Part shown: piece by piece, positions 30,612-39,953 of the stretch
How positions within the stretch are numbered: position 1 is the stretch's first letter
Layout of the letters: each line of letters begins with the position of its first letter
Origin: Deltaproteobacteria bacterium
GTDB taxonomy: Bacteria; Myxococcota; Kuafuiibacteriia; Kuafuiibacteriales; Kuafuiibacteriaceae
Assembly (NCBI GenBank): GCA_040218735.1
Contig: JAVJQW010000050.1
Coordinates: 224,001-288,000 of the forward strand
Length of the DNA: 64,000 nt
Direction of reading: 5' to 3'
Notes under the pieces: generated by a model
What the model saw: only the letters and a program-made list of their open reading frames with translations
The model's database searches: none
What the model was told of the DNA's origin: nothing
Made by a program: the position numbers and the translations under genes

Positions 30612-32890
30612 GACGCTGCCCTCCTCGTTGCCTCGTGTGCCGCCTCCGCGATGCGCGTGAGCGTCTCCAGGAGCGCTGCGCGGTCGATCGGCTTCGAGAG
30701 GTAGTCATCCATGCCCGCGTCGATGCAGCGGCCACGATCTTCAGGCAGCGCTTCGGCGGTTAGCGCGACGATCGGGATCGAGGCCCGGTCGTCTTCGAGC
30801 GCGCGGATGGCCGCGGTCGCTTCGTACCCGTCCATCTGCGGCATCTGGCAGTCCATCAACACCAGGTCGTACGCGCCGACCTGCACCGCCTCGACGGCGA
30901 GCCGCCCGTTGTCGACGACGACACACACACAGTCGATCGCCTCCAACATCCGCAGAGCGACCTGCTGGTTGACCTTGTTGTCCTCCGCGACGAGCACCGA
31001 GACCTGACGCCCGCCGTCGATCCGCGGGACCGTCGCCACGCGCGGCCCCGCGGCGATCTCGCCGGTGGGCTCCGCGACAAGAGCATCCGCCACATCACGG
31101 CGACGCGGCGGCGCGACTACGGTGCTCTGCGCCCACGGCCGCTTCGCGACGCTCTCTCCGAGGCGCACCAACGGCACCCACCGCACCGCTTCGAGGTCGG
31201 GGTCCGACGCGATTCGCGCGTCGAGCGCGGCGAATCCGCCGACGGCCGTCGGCGCCACGAACACCGCGCGCGGCGTCGCTACGCCTTCGTCGAGCCACGA
31301 ACGCAGCGCATCCAGGTCACCGAAGCCGACGGCTTCGCAGCCGAGCGAGATGAGATCGTCGAGCAGCGCCTTGCGTGCGACGGCGTTGTCGTCGAGCACC
31401 GCTGCCCACCCGGACCGCAGCGCGCGCATCCCCGTGCTCGACTCGAGAGAGCCCTCCGCCATCGGGAGCTCGACGATGAAGCGGGACCCCTCACCGACGT
31501 TCGACTCGACATCGATGCTCCCGCCGAGGCCCTCGGTGAGCTTCTTGGTGATGGCGAGCCCCAGCCCCGTGCCGCCGAAGCGGCGCGTGTTGGACACGTC
31601 GACCTGCGTGAACGCCGAGAACAGCGCTTCGATCCGGTCCTCGGGGATGCCGATTCCGGTGTCTTCGACGATGAATCGCATCGAACGGCCGTCCGACGCG
31701 CGCTCGACCGCGAGGAGGACGTGGCCTTCATGCGTGAACTTGATCGCGTTGCCGACGAGGTTGATCAGGATTTGACGCAGACGCGTTGGGTCCCCGACCA
31801 GCCCCTCCGGCACCGACGGATCGATCGAGACGATCAGTCGAATGTCTGCTTCCTGAGCACGCGTGATCACCACGTCGCGCACCGCTTCGATCGAAGCGCG
31901 CACGTCGAACGCGATGCTCTCGAAGACCATGCGCCCGGCGTCGATCTTCGAGAAGTCGAGCACGTCGTTGACGACCGTGAGGAGGAGCTCGGCCGACTGC
32001 AGCGCGGTGGTGGCGAGGTCCCGCTGGTCCCGATTGAGGTGGGAGTCGAGGAGCAACGTCGTCATGCCCATGAAGCCGTTGATCGGCGTCCGGATCTCGT
32101 GGCTCATGTTGGCGAGGAACTGAGCCTTCGCGCGCGCCGCCGCCTCCGCATCGTCGCGCATTCGAACGAGCTCGACGTCACGCGCCTGGAGCTGGTCGAG
32201 CATCTCGTTGAACGACCGCGTGAGCGCGCCGATGCCGAGCTCGTCCTCGCCGGTGTAGACCGCGCGGATCTGGTAGTCGCGCTGTTCGGAGATCTTCTTC
32301 GCGGTCTCGACGAGCTTCGCGACGGGCTTCGAGAGGATCGTCCGCAGCCGAGCGGAGAGGAAGTAGACGATGATCGTGAGGATCAGGACGGTGAGCGCCG
32401 CGATGAGGCCGTACCGCTGGATGCGTCCGTGCAGCCGGTCCGAGAAGTCACAGCGCAGGTAGAGCGTGCCGACCTCCTCGTCTTGCGAGTGAATCGTTGC
32501 GCCGTACTCCGCACGCGCGCTTTCGATGGACCAGCCGAGGGCCGGCGGGTTCGGCGGGCACGCGCTGCGTTGGCTGTGCGGGTACGCGCCCACGAGCGCA
32601 CCGTCCCGATTGTAGAGGCACCCGTACTCGATCATGTTGCCGCGCGAGAGCGACTGCATGCCGTCCTCCGCCGCGAGGGCGTCGTCGAACGCGAGGGCCG
32701 CGCTGAGGTGCTCGCCCATGATGTTCGAGACGAGCTCGAGCTCGTCCATCACCGCGCGGCGTGCGACGAACCACTCGTACGCGAGGAACCCACCCGACGC
32801 GAACAACAGCGCGCCCATGGACACTGCGACGATCGCCACCGTGAGGCGTCGGCGAACCGAGGAGCTGTCATGTGTATCGACTCGATGCAC
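30608..32890 (-). CDS. Hybrid sensor histidine kinase (periplasmic sensor, HAMP, HisKA, HATPase, degenerate REC, REC)
   Basis: AALAFDD periplasmic motif, HAMP LTRSFNEML, FLANMSHEIRTP, NLVGNAIKFT, GGTGLGL, DLVLMDCQMP, GMDDYLSKP. Confidence 0.93.
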   Translation of the reverse strand: MHRVDTHDSSSVRRRLTVAIVAVSMGALLFASGGFLAYEWFVARRAVMDELELVSNIMGEHLSAALAFDDALAAEDGMQSLSRGNMIEYGCLYNRDGALVGAYPHSQRSACPPNPPALGWSIESARAEYGATIHSQDEEVGTLYLRCDFSDRLHGRIQRYGLIAALTVLILTIIVYFLSARLRTILSKPVAKLVETAKKISEQRDYQIRAVYTGEDELGIGALTRSFNEMLDQLQARDVELVRMRDDAEAAARAKAQFLANMSHEIRTPINGFMGMTTLLLDSHLNRDQRDLATTALQSAELLLTVVNDVLDFSKIDAGRMVFESIAFDVRASIEAVRDVVITRAQEADIRLIVSIDPSVPEGLVGDPTRLRQILINLVGNAIKFTHEGHVLLAVERASDGRSMRFIVEDTGIGIPEDRIEALFSAFTQVDVSNTRRFGGTGLGLAITKKLTEGLGGSIDVESNVGEGSRFIVELPMAEGSLESSTGMRALRSGWAAVLDDNAVARKALLDDLISLGCEAVGFGDLDALRSWLDEGVATPRAVFVAPTAVGGFAALDARIASDPDLEAVRWVPLVRLGESVAKRPWAQSTVVAPPRRRDVADALVAEPTGEIAAGPRVATVPRIDGGRQVSVLVAEDNKVNQQVALRMLEAIDCVCVVVDNGRLAVEAVQVGAYDLVLMDCQMPQMDGYEATAAIRALEDDRASIPIVALTAEALPEDRGRCIDAGMDDYLSKPIDRAALLETLTRIAEAAHEATRRAAS

Positions 32891-32892
32891 GA

Positions 32893-33423
32893 CTACTTCC
32901 TCAGGTTGGCCGCGAGCGCCAAGAGTTTGGGGTTGAGGGACAGGCCCGCCGCGCGAACGCGATCGAGGTCGACGTTGAAGCGAACCTGGTCACCGCTCTG
33001 GAAGAGCTGGACCATGCTCGGACAGTCGCGGCGGTCCGTGACGATCAGCGCGTCACTGCGTTCGAGCCCGCACACCTTGGGGAGCGGGACGCCGGAGCCG
33101 ACGAACAAGACGTCGCAGCCGGACGTCGGTGCGTCCGACGCCAACTGAGCGACCGCGATGTCGCGGGAGCCGACGCTCCGCTTCTTCAGGACTTCGAACG
33201 CTCGGAACTGGTCGGTGCGACCAATGACGCAGATGCGGAGCGCGCCCGACGCGTGTGCCTTGGACCACCGGGCGTAGCGCGCAAAGTTGAACGTGTACGC
33301 GACCTTGATCGCCTCGCTGCCGTACCCCGAGCGCTCCGCCGCATCGACGTCGAGAGGTCGCGCCACGAGCGAGCAGACAAGCGCTGAACAGCACAGCGCT
33401 ACGAGGTGGGAAGGGCGCGACAA
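32893..33423 (-). CDS. yfiR: YfiR/HmsC-family periplasmic regulator
   Basis: IKVAYTFNFARYARW, CDVLFV, RFNVDLDRVRAAGLSLNPKLLALA. The TTG 33423 start is inferred; the longer ORF-track N-terminus overlaps the next gene. Confidence 0.85.
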   Translation of the reverse strand: MSRPSHLVALCCSALVCSLVARPLDVDAAERSGYGSEAIKVAYTFNFARYARWSKAHASGALRICVIGRTDQFRAFEVLKKRSVGSRDIAVAQLASDAPTSGCDVLFVGSGVPLPKVCGLERSDALIVTDRRDCPSMVQLFQSGDQVRFNVDLDRVRAAGLSLNPKLLALAANLRK

Positions 33424-33497
33424 TTCACACAGATCGTCGGAACCCCTGACGCAGAAGAGAGCCCGGGAGCACCGAGTGTCACACCCTGAGGCGTGTT

Positions 33498-35222
33498 TCA
33501 GCGGGCGCGGGCCTGGATCAGCGCGCCGTCGGAGGCGAGCAACACCCACACCCTCCCGGTGCGGTCCACGGCGACGTCGGCGACCGGCCCGTGGCCGATG
33601 TCGACGACGCGCGGGAGGAAGCGCGCGCGCTGGACGTCGTAGATCGTGAGCCCCACTTCGAACGGCGGTGTGGGGCGCGCCACGGCGACGACGGCGGTCG
33701 ACGCGGACAGCGGCGCGAGGCGGACGGGCACCCGCTCGTCGAGATAGAACCGCGCCGCGGCGAGGTTCAGATCGACGTCGATCTGGTGCACGCCCCCGCG
33801 CTCGTTGAGGCTCGCGGAGACGACGGTCTGTCCGCTGGCGAAGTACACGAGGGCGTCGACGTCGTTGCTGACGCCCTCCCCCGTTCCGAGCGCGAGATCC
33901 TGGACGTACGCCTCCGTCGACACGTCCCACAGCTCCACGCGTCCGCCCTGCCCGACCACGGCGAAGCCACCGCCTTCCTCGACGACACGGCCACGACGAT
34001 CCGGCAACATCGTGTGGCGGCTGATCGCGAACGGCTGCATCGTCACGAACACGATCATCGCCGGGAAGCGCTCGGCCTGCGCGACGAGGACCACCTTGCC
34101 GTCGTCTTCGAACGCCGCGAGGTCGAGCGGTTCGTGCGGCGGCGGTCCGACGAGGATGTCGAGCGCGATGCGTCCGATCTCTTGCGCGTTTGCGTCATAC
34201 CGAACGAGGGCGCGCACGCTGCGCGCGTAGTCGACAGCGACGAACCCCGCCCCGACCGGATCCCGCTCGAGCACGAAGAGGCATCCGTCGACCCGACGCA
34301 CGACGGTCCGCGCTCCGGTTTCGGTCGAATAGAACGTGAGGTCCGTCGCGCGCGGCCCCTGCGCACATTCCTCGCGGGTGCTCGCGCCAGCGTAGGTGGC
34401 GACGATCGCGACGTCGCCGTCGACGAGCAACGCCGGCGCAGCCGTCTTCCTCAGATCGATGAGTTTGTCGACCGTGGTCTGGACCGCGACGGTCGTGGTC
34501 TCCACGTCGAACGGCACGAGCTCGTCTTCGGGGATGGAGTAGAGGTCGGTGCGGCAGCTCCCGCAGTCGAACGCAAACGCGCCGAACGGCGGCGGATCAC
34601 CGAGCCGACACGTCTCGCCCTCCGCCTCCAACGTGCGCACATCGCCCGTCTCGGTCAGCTCGACCTCGTAGCCGCCGATGCCGCACTCCGAGACGTCGAC
34701 CGAGAGACGACATCCGCTCTGCACCGGTCCCCGCAGGCAGGGGCGCGGGATGCATCGTACATCGGCGAAGTGCCGCTCGCCGGGCTTCAGCACGAGCGGA
34801 CACGCGTCGAGCCAGTCGACGGTGAGCGGCGCTGGCGCCACGCTGCGGCGTTCGAGCGCCGTGGTCCGGTCCGCGGCGGCACCCTCACCAATCCAGCCGG
34901 GTTCGGGGAGGAGCGGCTCGCGGCCCGACGCGTTGCGGACGATCGACTGCGCGCGCGCTTCGGGCGTCGGTGTGTTCACGACGCCGAGGTCCGCGTCGGT
35001 CCAGCCGTGCACGAACAGCGTCGAAGCGCTGCGACCGACGTCGGCCTCGAGGCTCACCCCCGGCGCGTACGGAACCATCGGCGTGCCCCCGAGGTAGGTG
35101 CCCGCGTCGTCTTCCCAGGTCGCCGCGACGAACGTGATGTCGTCCGGGAGCGCGCCGATCGCGTCGACGTCGGATGCGCCGCACGCGCTGGCGAGCAGCG
35201 CGACGACGGCGACCCGCTTCAC
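33498..35222 (-). CDS. Hypothetical lipoprotein with Cys-rich middle and propeller-like C-terminus
   Basis: GTG 35222 overlaps the MutS-like stop (GTGA); MKRVAVVALLASAC lipobox. Confidence 0.75.
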   Translation of the reverse strand: MKRVAVVALLASACGASDVDAIGALPDDITFVAATWEDDAGTYLGGTPMVPYAPGVSLEADVGRSASTLFVHGWTDADLGVVNTPTPEARAQSIVRNASGREPLLPEPGWIGEGAAADRTTALERRSVAPAPLTVDWLDACPLVLKPGERHFADVRCIPRPCLRGPVQSGCRLSVDVSECGIGGYEVELTETGDVRTLEAEGETCRLGDPPPFGAFAFDCGSCRTDLYSIPEDELVPFDVETTTVAVQTTVDKLIDLRKTAAPALLVDGDVAIVATYAGASTREECAQGPRATDLTFYSTETGARTVVRRVDGCLFVLERDPVGAGFVAVDYARSVRALVRYDANAQEIGRIALDILVGPPPHEPLDLAAFEDDGKVVLVAQAERFPAMIVFVTMQPFAISRHTMLPDRRGRVVEEGGGFAVVGQGGRVELWDVSTEAYVQDLALGTGEGVSNDVDALVYFASGQTVVSASLNERGGVHQIDVDLNLAAARFYLDERVPVRLAPLSASTAVVAVARPTPPFEVGLTIYDVQRARFLPRVVDIGHGPVADVAVDRTGRVWVLLASDGALIQARAR

Positions 35223-37048
35223 GTCGCCGCGTCCTCCGTGAGCTCGACGTCGATGCCCACCGCCTTCATGAGGCGCAGCGCGTTCGTCGAGACCACCGGC
35301 CCCGTTCGGAGCTGATAGTCGAACTGGATCTGGCGCTGGTTCACGTCGTCGGAGAAGTGCGCGTTCGTCGCGAGCCCCGGCGGGAGGTCCTCCGCGACCT
35401 TCGCGAGGGAGAGGTCGTGGGTGGTGACGATGCCCGTCGCACCGCTCTTCGAGAGCCAGCGAATCACCGAGGTCGCGCCGATGAAACGCTCGCGGCTGTT
35501 CGTCCCGTGGAGCATCTCGTCCAGGAGGTACAGGCAGTCCTCCTGGTGCGCGGCCGCCTCGTCGACGACGTACTTGAGACGTTTGAGCTCCGCGTAGAAG
35601 TGCGACGTCCCGGACGCCAGCGAGTCGACGATGCGCACCGACGTCGCCAGCGAGAACATCGACACACGCAGCGACTTCGCCGCGACGGGCGCACCCGCGC
35701 GCGCCAGCACGAGGTTGATGCCCACCGAACGCAGCAGCGTGCTCTTCCCGCTCATGTTCGACCCGGACAGCAGCAACACGGACCCCGCGCCCTTCAGCGT
35801 GAGGTCGTTCGCCACCACCGCGCGTCGGTCGAGGAGCGGATGCGCGATCTGCTCGGCCTCGAACGTCGACGCCGTCTCGACGAGCTCGGGCATCGTGTAG
35901 TCGGGGCGCTCGTAGAGCAGCGCGGCGAACGACGCGAGCGCCTCCGCCTCGCCGATCGCCTCGAACCACCCGCGCAGCCGCGGCCCCGCGGAAGCGCGCC
36001 ACTGGTCGGCGCGCAACACGAAGTTGAGATCCCACAGCAGCGCCGGCCCGAACGTCAGCGCGAAGAAGACGTTGAGGCGCGCGTCGAGGCGGTTGACGAT
36101 CTTCTCGAGCGCGACGATCTGCTGCGACGCCGCGACACCGTCCGCCGACAGCCGCGACTTCAACGCGGACATACGCGGGCTTTGGTACTGCCCGGACTCG
36201 ATCGCCTCGATCAGCCGCGCAAACCGCGACAGGAACCGCTCCGGCCCGGAGATGACGTGCGCGCGCTGCTCCACCGCCTTGCGCGTGAGCACCAGCGTCG
36301 CCGCCTGCGTGATGATCGCCACCGCGAGGGGCCAGCCGTTCGCGGTGAAGTAGTAGAACAAGTAGGTCGCGAACAGCGCGATGGGCTGCACGATACCGAG
36401 CACCCGGAGGACCTTGGCGTTGGCGAGCGGTGCACCCTTCTCGGCCCACTCCAGGAGCTCGGAGTCTTCGATGCGCCCCAGCTCTTCCCCCGCCGCCGCC
36501 GCGACGTAGCGCTCACGGAGATCGAGATCGGCGGCGAGCTCGGTGACGGCGGCCTGACGCGACAGCGCCTCTTCGCGATCCGCCATCTCCCCGAGGTAAC
36601 GCCCCAGCGTGCGCCGGCCCTCGGCGGTGCTCACGCGGCTGATCAGCTGGAAGAGCGACGCGGGTCCGTACAAGTCGAGGTCGCCGGCGTAGTGCGTCTC
36701 GGCGTCGTAGGGCGCAGCGAGGTCGGCCCCGTCGTCGGCGAGCTCACGCCACTTCTCCTCGAGGCGCATGAGCCCCTCTTCGTAGAAGCGCACCGCAGCG
36801 GCGGCCTGTCGGCGCCGCGCAAACGCCTTGTCCTGCAGCACGCCGAGCAGGACGAACGCACCGGCGATCGGGACGAGGCCCCACCACGGCCCGCCGTGCC
36901 GGATGAACAACGGCAACAACAGGAGCACGACGGTGACGAGCGCGAGCACGAGCCGCACGTTGCCGAGCCGGTCGGCGCGCGCCGTCGCCTCGGCGAGGGC
37001 TTCGCGACGAGCGGTGAGCCGCTCGTGGTAGGTCGTCTCGGCGGACAC
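35219..37048 (-). CDS. Membrane-anchored MutS-family ATPase (MutS domain V, no mismatch-binding domain)
   Basis: N-terminal TMs, HYAGDLDLYGPASLFQ, HPLL, SGSNMSGKSTLLR, SHFYAELKR, LLDEMLHGTNS, TTHD. Confidence 0.9.
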   Translation of the reverse strand: MSAETTYHERLTARREALAEATARADRLGNVRLVLALVTVVLLLLPLFIRHGGPWWGLVPIAGAFVLLGVLQDKAFARRRQAAAAVRFYEEGLMRLEEKWRELADDGADLAAPYDAETHYAGDLDLYGPASLFQLISRVSTAEGRRTLGRYLGEMADREEALSRQAAVTELAADLDLRERYVAAAAGEELGRIEDSELLEWAEKGAPLANAKVLRVLGIVQPIALFATYLFYYFTANGWPLAVAIITQAATLVLTRKAVEQRAHVISGPERFLSRFARLIEAIESGQYQSPRMSALKSRLSADGVAASQQIVALEKIVNRLDARLNVFFALTFGPALLWDLNFVLRADQWRASAGPRLRGWFEAIGEAEALASFAALLYERPDYTMPELVETASTFEAEQIAHPLLDRRAVVANDLTLKGAGSVLLLSGSNMSGKSTLLRSVGINLVLARAGAPVAAKSLRVSMFSLATSVRIVDSLASGTSHFYAELKRLKYVVDEAAAHQEDCLYLLDEMLHGTNSRERFIGATSVIRWLSKSGATGIVTTHDLSLAKVAEDLPPGLATNAHFSDDVNQRQIQFDYQLRTGPVVSTNALRLMKAVGIDVELTEDAAT

Positions 37049-37062
37049 GTCGGCCCCCGCGA

Positions 37063-37782
37063 CTATTCGTTATCGGAACGGCCGCTCTCGTCGGCGGGCG
37101 GCGGGACGTCCGGCGTCTCGGGGACGATGTCCGGCGTCTCCGGCACGGTCGCCGGTTGGGTCTCGGTCTTCGGGCGCGCCCCGACGCCGATCTCCACGTC
37201 GTAGCGGACGTCGAGGCGGTCACTCGTGTCGAGCGAGATGTCGGAGCGTTCGTACGCGACGATGTTCAGGCGCGTCTCCTTGCCTTCGGGGACGTTGAGC
37301 GAGTACCGCGAGTCGACCTTGAACTTGTAGCCGTCGAGGTACGTGAACACACCGACGGACTTGCCGCGGTAGACGAGGCTGACTTCGATGATGTGCTGCC
37401 CGGGGGTGATCGGGCCGTTGTACAGCTCGAACGACTTCGCCTCGTCGAGCGAGCCGTCGGTGTTCTCCTTGGAGAAGATGACGCCACCGTCGAGCGTGTA
37501 GACCGCGCGCTCGAGCTCGAAGTTGGAGCTCATCGCGTTGTCGTGCTCGATGATGGCCCGCGTGCGCGCGATGATCCCGCCGAGCGCGCTGTCCTTCAGC
37601 GAGGCGAGCAACCCCTCGGTCTCGGCGATCCGGCGATCGAGATCGTCGATGCGCTCGTGGAACGTCGTCAGCAGCGACTGGTGACCTTCGAGCGACTCCC
37701 CCGCGACCGAGGACGTCGAGGCCTGCGCCCAAGCGTTGGTGCTGAACAGGAGAACAGCCAGAGTCAGGAGCCACCGCATCAT
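37063..37782 (-). CDS. Exported protein with coiled coil and beta-sandwich (family seen in Myxococcota)
   Basis: Signal MMRWLLTLAVLLFSTNAWA; coiled coil; YNGPITPGQH..V.LVYRG..GVFTYLDGYKFKV. Confidence 0.75.
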   Translation of the reverse strand: MMRWLLTLAVLLFSTNAWAQASTSSVAGESLEGHQSLLTTFHERIDDLDRRIAETEGLLASLKDSALGGIIARTRAIIEHDNAMSSNFELERAVYTLDGGVIFSKENTDGSLDEAKSFELYNGPITPGQHIIEVSLVYRGKSVGVFTYLDGYKFKVDSRYSLNVPEGKETRLNIVAYERSDISLDTSDRLDVRYDVEIGVGARPKTETQPATVPETPDIVPETPDVPPPADESGRSDNE

Positions 37783-37929
37783 CGGAGTTGGATTAGCACC
37801 CTTTGCGCTCGAGTGCACAGGGTGAGTATCGACCCGAAAGCGCGCATCTTGAGGCCGAAAGTGCGGCTTCGAAACCGCACCGCGCCGCGCGGTTGACGGG
37901 TCCCACGGCCTGTTCGTAGGTCTCGAAAC

Positions 37930-39909
37930 ATGAGCGGCGCGCCGGACGAGCCCCACGTGCCCGCAAGCGCGAACCTCCCGGAGATCACGCTGAAGGCGGT
38001 GATCCTCGGGCTCGTCCTCTCCGCGCTGCTGTCCGCCGCCAACGCGTACCTCGGGCTGTTTGCGGGGCTCACCGTGTCGGCGTCGATCCCCGCCGCGGTG
38101 ATCTCGATGGCCGTTTTGAAGGTCCTCGGCGGAAACATCCTCGAGAACAACATCGTCCAGACCGCGGCGTCCGCCGGCGAGAGCATGGCGGCCGGCGTCA
38201 TCTTCACGATCCCCGCCCTCGTCATCCTCGGGACCTGGGCCGAGTTCGACTACTGGGAGACGACGATGATCGCGGGCTTCGGCGGCCTGCTCGGCGTGCT
38301 CTTCACCATCCCGCTGCGCCGCGCGCTCATCGTCGAGACGCCGCTCGAGTTCCCGGAGGGCGTGGCGACCGCGGAGGTGCTGAAGGTCGGCGAGTCCGGC
38401 GGCGGCGGCGGCATCAAACACATCTTCACCTCCGGCGCGATCGGCGCGCTCTTCAAGCTCGGCGAATCCGGGCTGCGCCTGTGGCACGGCACCATCGAAG
38501 AGGCGCGCTACGCCGGTTCCACGATCCTGTACTTCGGTTCGAACCTCTCCCCCGCGCTCGTCGCCGTCGGCTACATCGTGGGCCTGGAGATCGCGGTGCT
38601 GGTCTTCATCGGCGGCGCCCTGAACTGGCTCGTCGCCATCCCGATCCTCGCGGTCGTCGAAGGCGTGCCGGAGGGCGTCGGCGCCGTGGAGGCGGCGGGG
38701 GAGCTGTGGTCGACGCAGACCCGCTACCTCGGCGTCGGATCGATGGTGGTCGGCGGTCTGTGGGCGCTCGTCAGCCTGCGCAAGTCGCTCGTCGCGGGGG
38801 TGCGCTCCAGCTTCGAAGCCTACCGCCGCATGCGCGACGGCGGCGACGGCGCGACGCTCCGCACCGAGCGCGACATGCCGATGCAGTGGGTCGGCGCTGC
38901 GCTCGTCTTCTCGCTGATCCCGCTCGGGCTGATCTTCTTCCACGTGACCGGCGTGTGGTGGGTCGCCGCGATCATGTCGGTGGTGATGCTCATCGCGGGG
39001 TTTCTGTTCTCCGCGGTCGCGGGGTACATGGCGGGGCTCGTCGGCTCTTCGAACAACCCGATCTCCGGGGTGACGATCGCGACGATCCTGACCTCGTCGC
39101 TGATGCTCCTCGCGCTCCTCGGGCGCGAGAGCAAGGTCGGGCCGGCGGCGGCGATCCTGATCGGCAGCGTGGTGTGCTGCGCGGCGGCGATCGCGGGCGA
39201 CAACATGCAGGACCTCAAGGCGGGCCGCATCGTCGGGGCGACGCCGTTCAAACAACAGATCATGCAGGTGGTCGGCGTGCTGGGGGCGGCGGTCGTCGCG
39301 GCGCCGATCCTCACGCTGCTCCTCGAAGCCTACGGCATCGGCGTCCCGACCGAGGCGCACCCGGATCCGCTGCGCGCCCCGCAGGCGACGCTGATGGCGA
39401 GCGTCGCCGAGGGTGTCTTCGCGGGGGGCCTACCGTGGACGATGGTCGCGATCGGGATGGTCGTCGCCGTCGCGGTGATCGCGCTGGACCAGTGGCTCGC
39501 GCGCCGCGGCAGCACGTTCCGCACGCCGGTCCTCGCGGTGGCGGTGGGCATCTACCTGCCGTTCGAGCTGTCGGTACCGATCCTCGTGGGCGGCCTCGTC
39601 GCGCACCTCGCGAAGCGCGCGTTTGCGAAGCGGCTGGCGGCGGCGAAGGGCGATCAACGCGAGGCGATCGAAGAGGCGCAAACGGAGGGTTCGCGGAACG
39701 GGTTGTTGTTCGGGGCGGGGTTGATCACGGGGGAGGCGTTGGTGGGGATCGCGATGGCGGTGCCGATCGTGTTGACGGGGGACAAGAACGTGTTGGCGGT
39801 GTTCGGGGCGAGTGATGCGGCGTGGCCGGGCGCCGTCCTCCTCGGCCTGGTCGTCCTCCTCACCTACCGCGTCGCCGCCAAGGCCCCGAGGGAAGCAGAA
39901 CGTCCCTGA
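37930..39909 (+). CDS. OPT-family oligopeptide transporter
   Basis: NAYLGLFAGLTVSASIPAAVIS, ENNIVQTAASAGE, FPEGVATAEVL, GSSNNPISG, DNMQDLKAG, APQATLM. Confidence 0.95.
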   Translation: MSGAPDEPHVPASANLPEITLKAVILGLVLSALLSAANAYLGLFAGLTVSASIPAAVISMAVLKVLGGNILENNIVQTAASAGESMAAGVIFTIPALVILGTWAEFDYWETTMIAGFGGLLGVLFTIPLRRALIVETPLEFPEGVATAEVLKVGESGGGGGIKHIFTSGAIGALFKLGESGLRLWHGTIEEARYAGSTILYFGSNLSPALVAVGYIVGLEIAVLVFIGGALNWLVAIPILAVVEGVPEGVGAVEAAGELWSTQTRYLGVGSMVVGGLWALVSLRKSLVAGVRSSFEAYRRMRDGGDGATLRTERDMPMQWVGAALVFSLIPLGLIFFHVTGVWWVAAIMSVVMLIAGFLFSAVAGYMAGLVGSSNNPISGVTIATILTSSLMLLALLGRESKVGPAAAILIGSVVCCAAAIAGDNMQDLKAGRIVGATPFKQQIMQVVGVLGAAVVAAPILTLLLEAYGIGVPTEAHPDPLRAPQATLMASVAEGVFAGGLPWTMVAIGMVVAVAVIALDQWLARRGSTFRTPVLAVAVGIYLPFELSVPILVGGLVAHLAKRAFAKRLAAAKGDQREAIEEAQTEGSRNGLLFGAGLITGEALVGIAMAVPIVLTGDKNVLAVFGASDAAWPGAVLLGLVVLLTYRVAAKAPREAERP

Positions 39910-39953
39910 AATTCGAATTCACCGTTGGCGGCCTTCGCCGATCTCCGCCTCTT

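Noticed and set aside
33424-33930. Long Arg-rich N-terminus of the YfiR ORF
   Set aside because: It overlaps the upstream lipoprotein and is low-complexity; the YfiR domain with a signal-like segment starts near 33423.
35223-36449. N-terminal extension of the 983-aa ORF 33498-36449
   Set aside because: It overlaps the MutS-like gene in another frame; a lipobox start at GTG 35222 with a GTGA overlap is far more plausible.
37783-39360. N-terminal extension of the 765-aa ORF 37063-39360
   Set aside because: Antisense to the OPT transporter; the real protein begins with the signal peptide at 37782.
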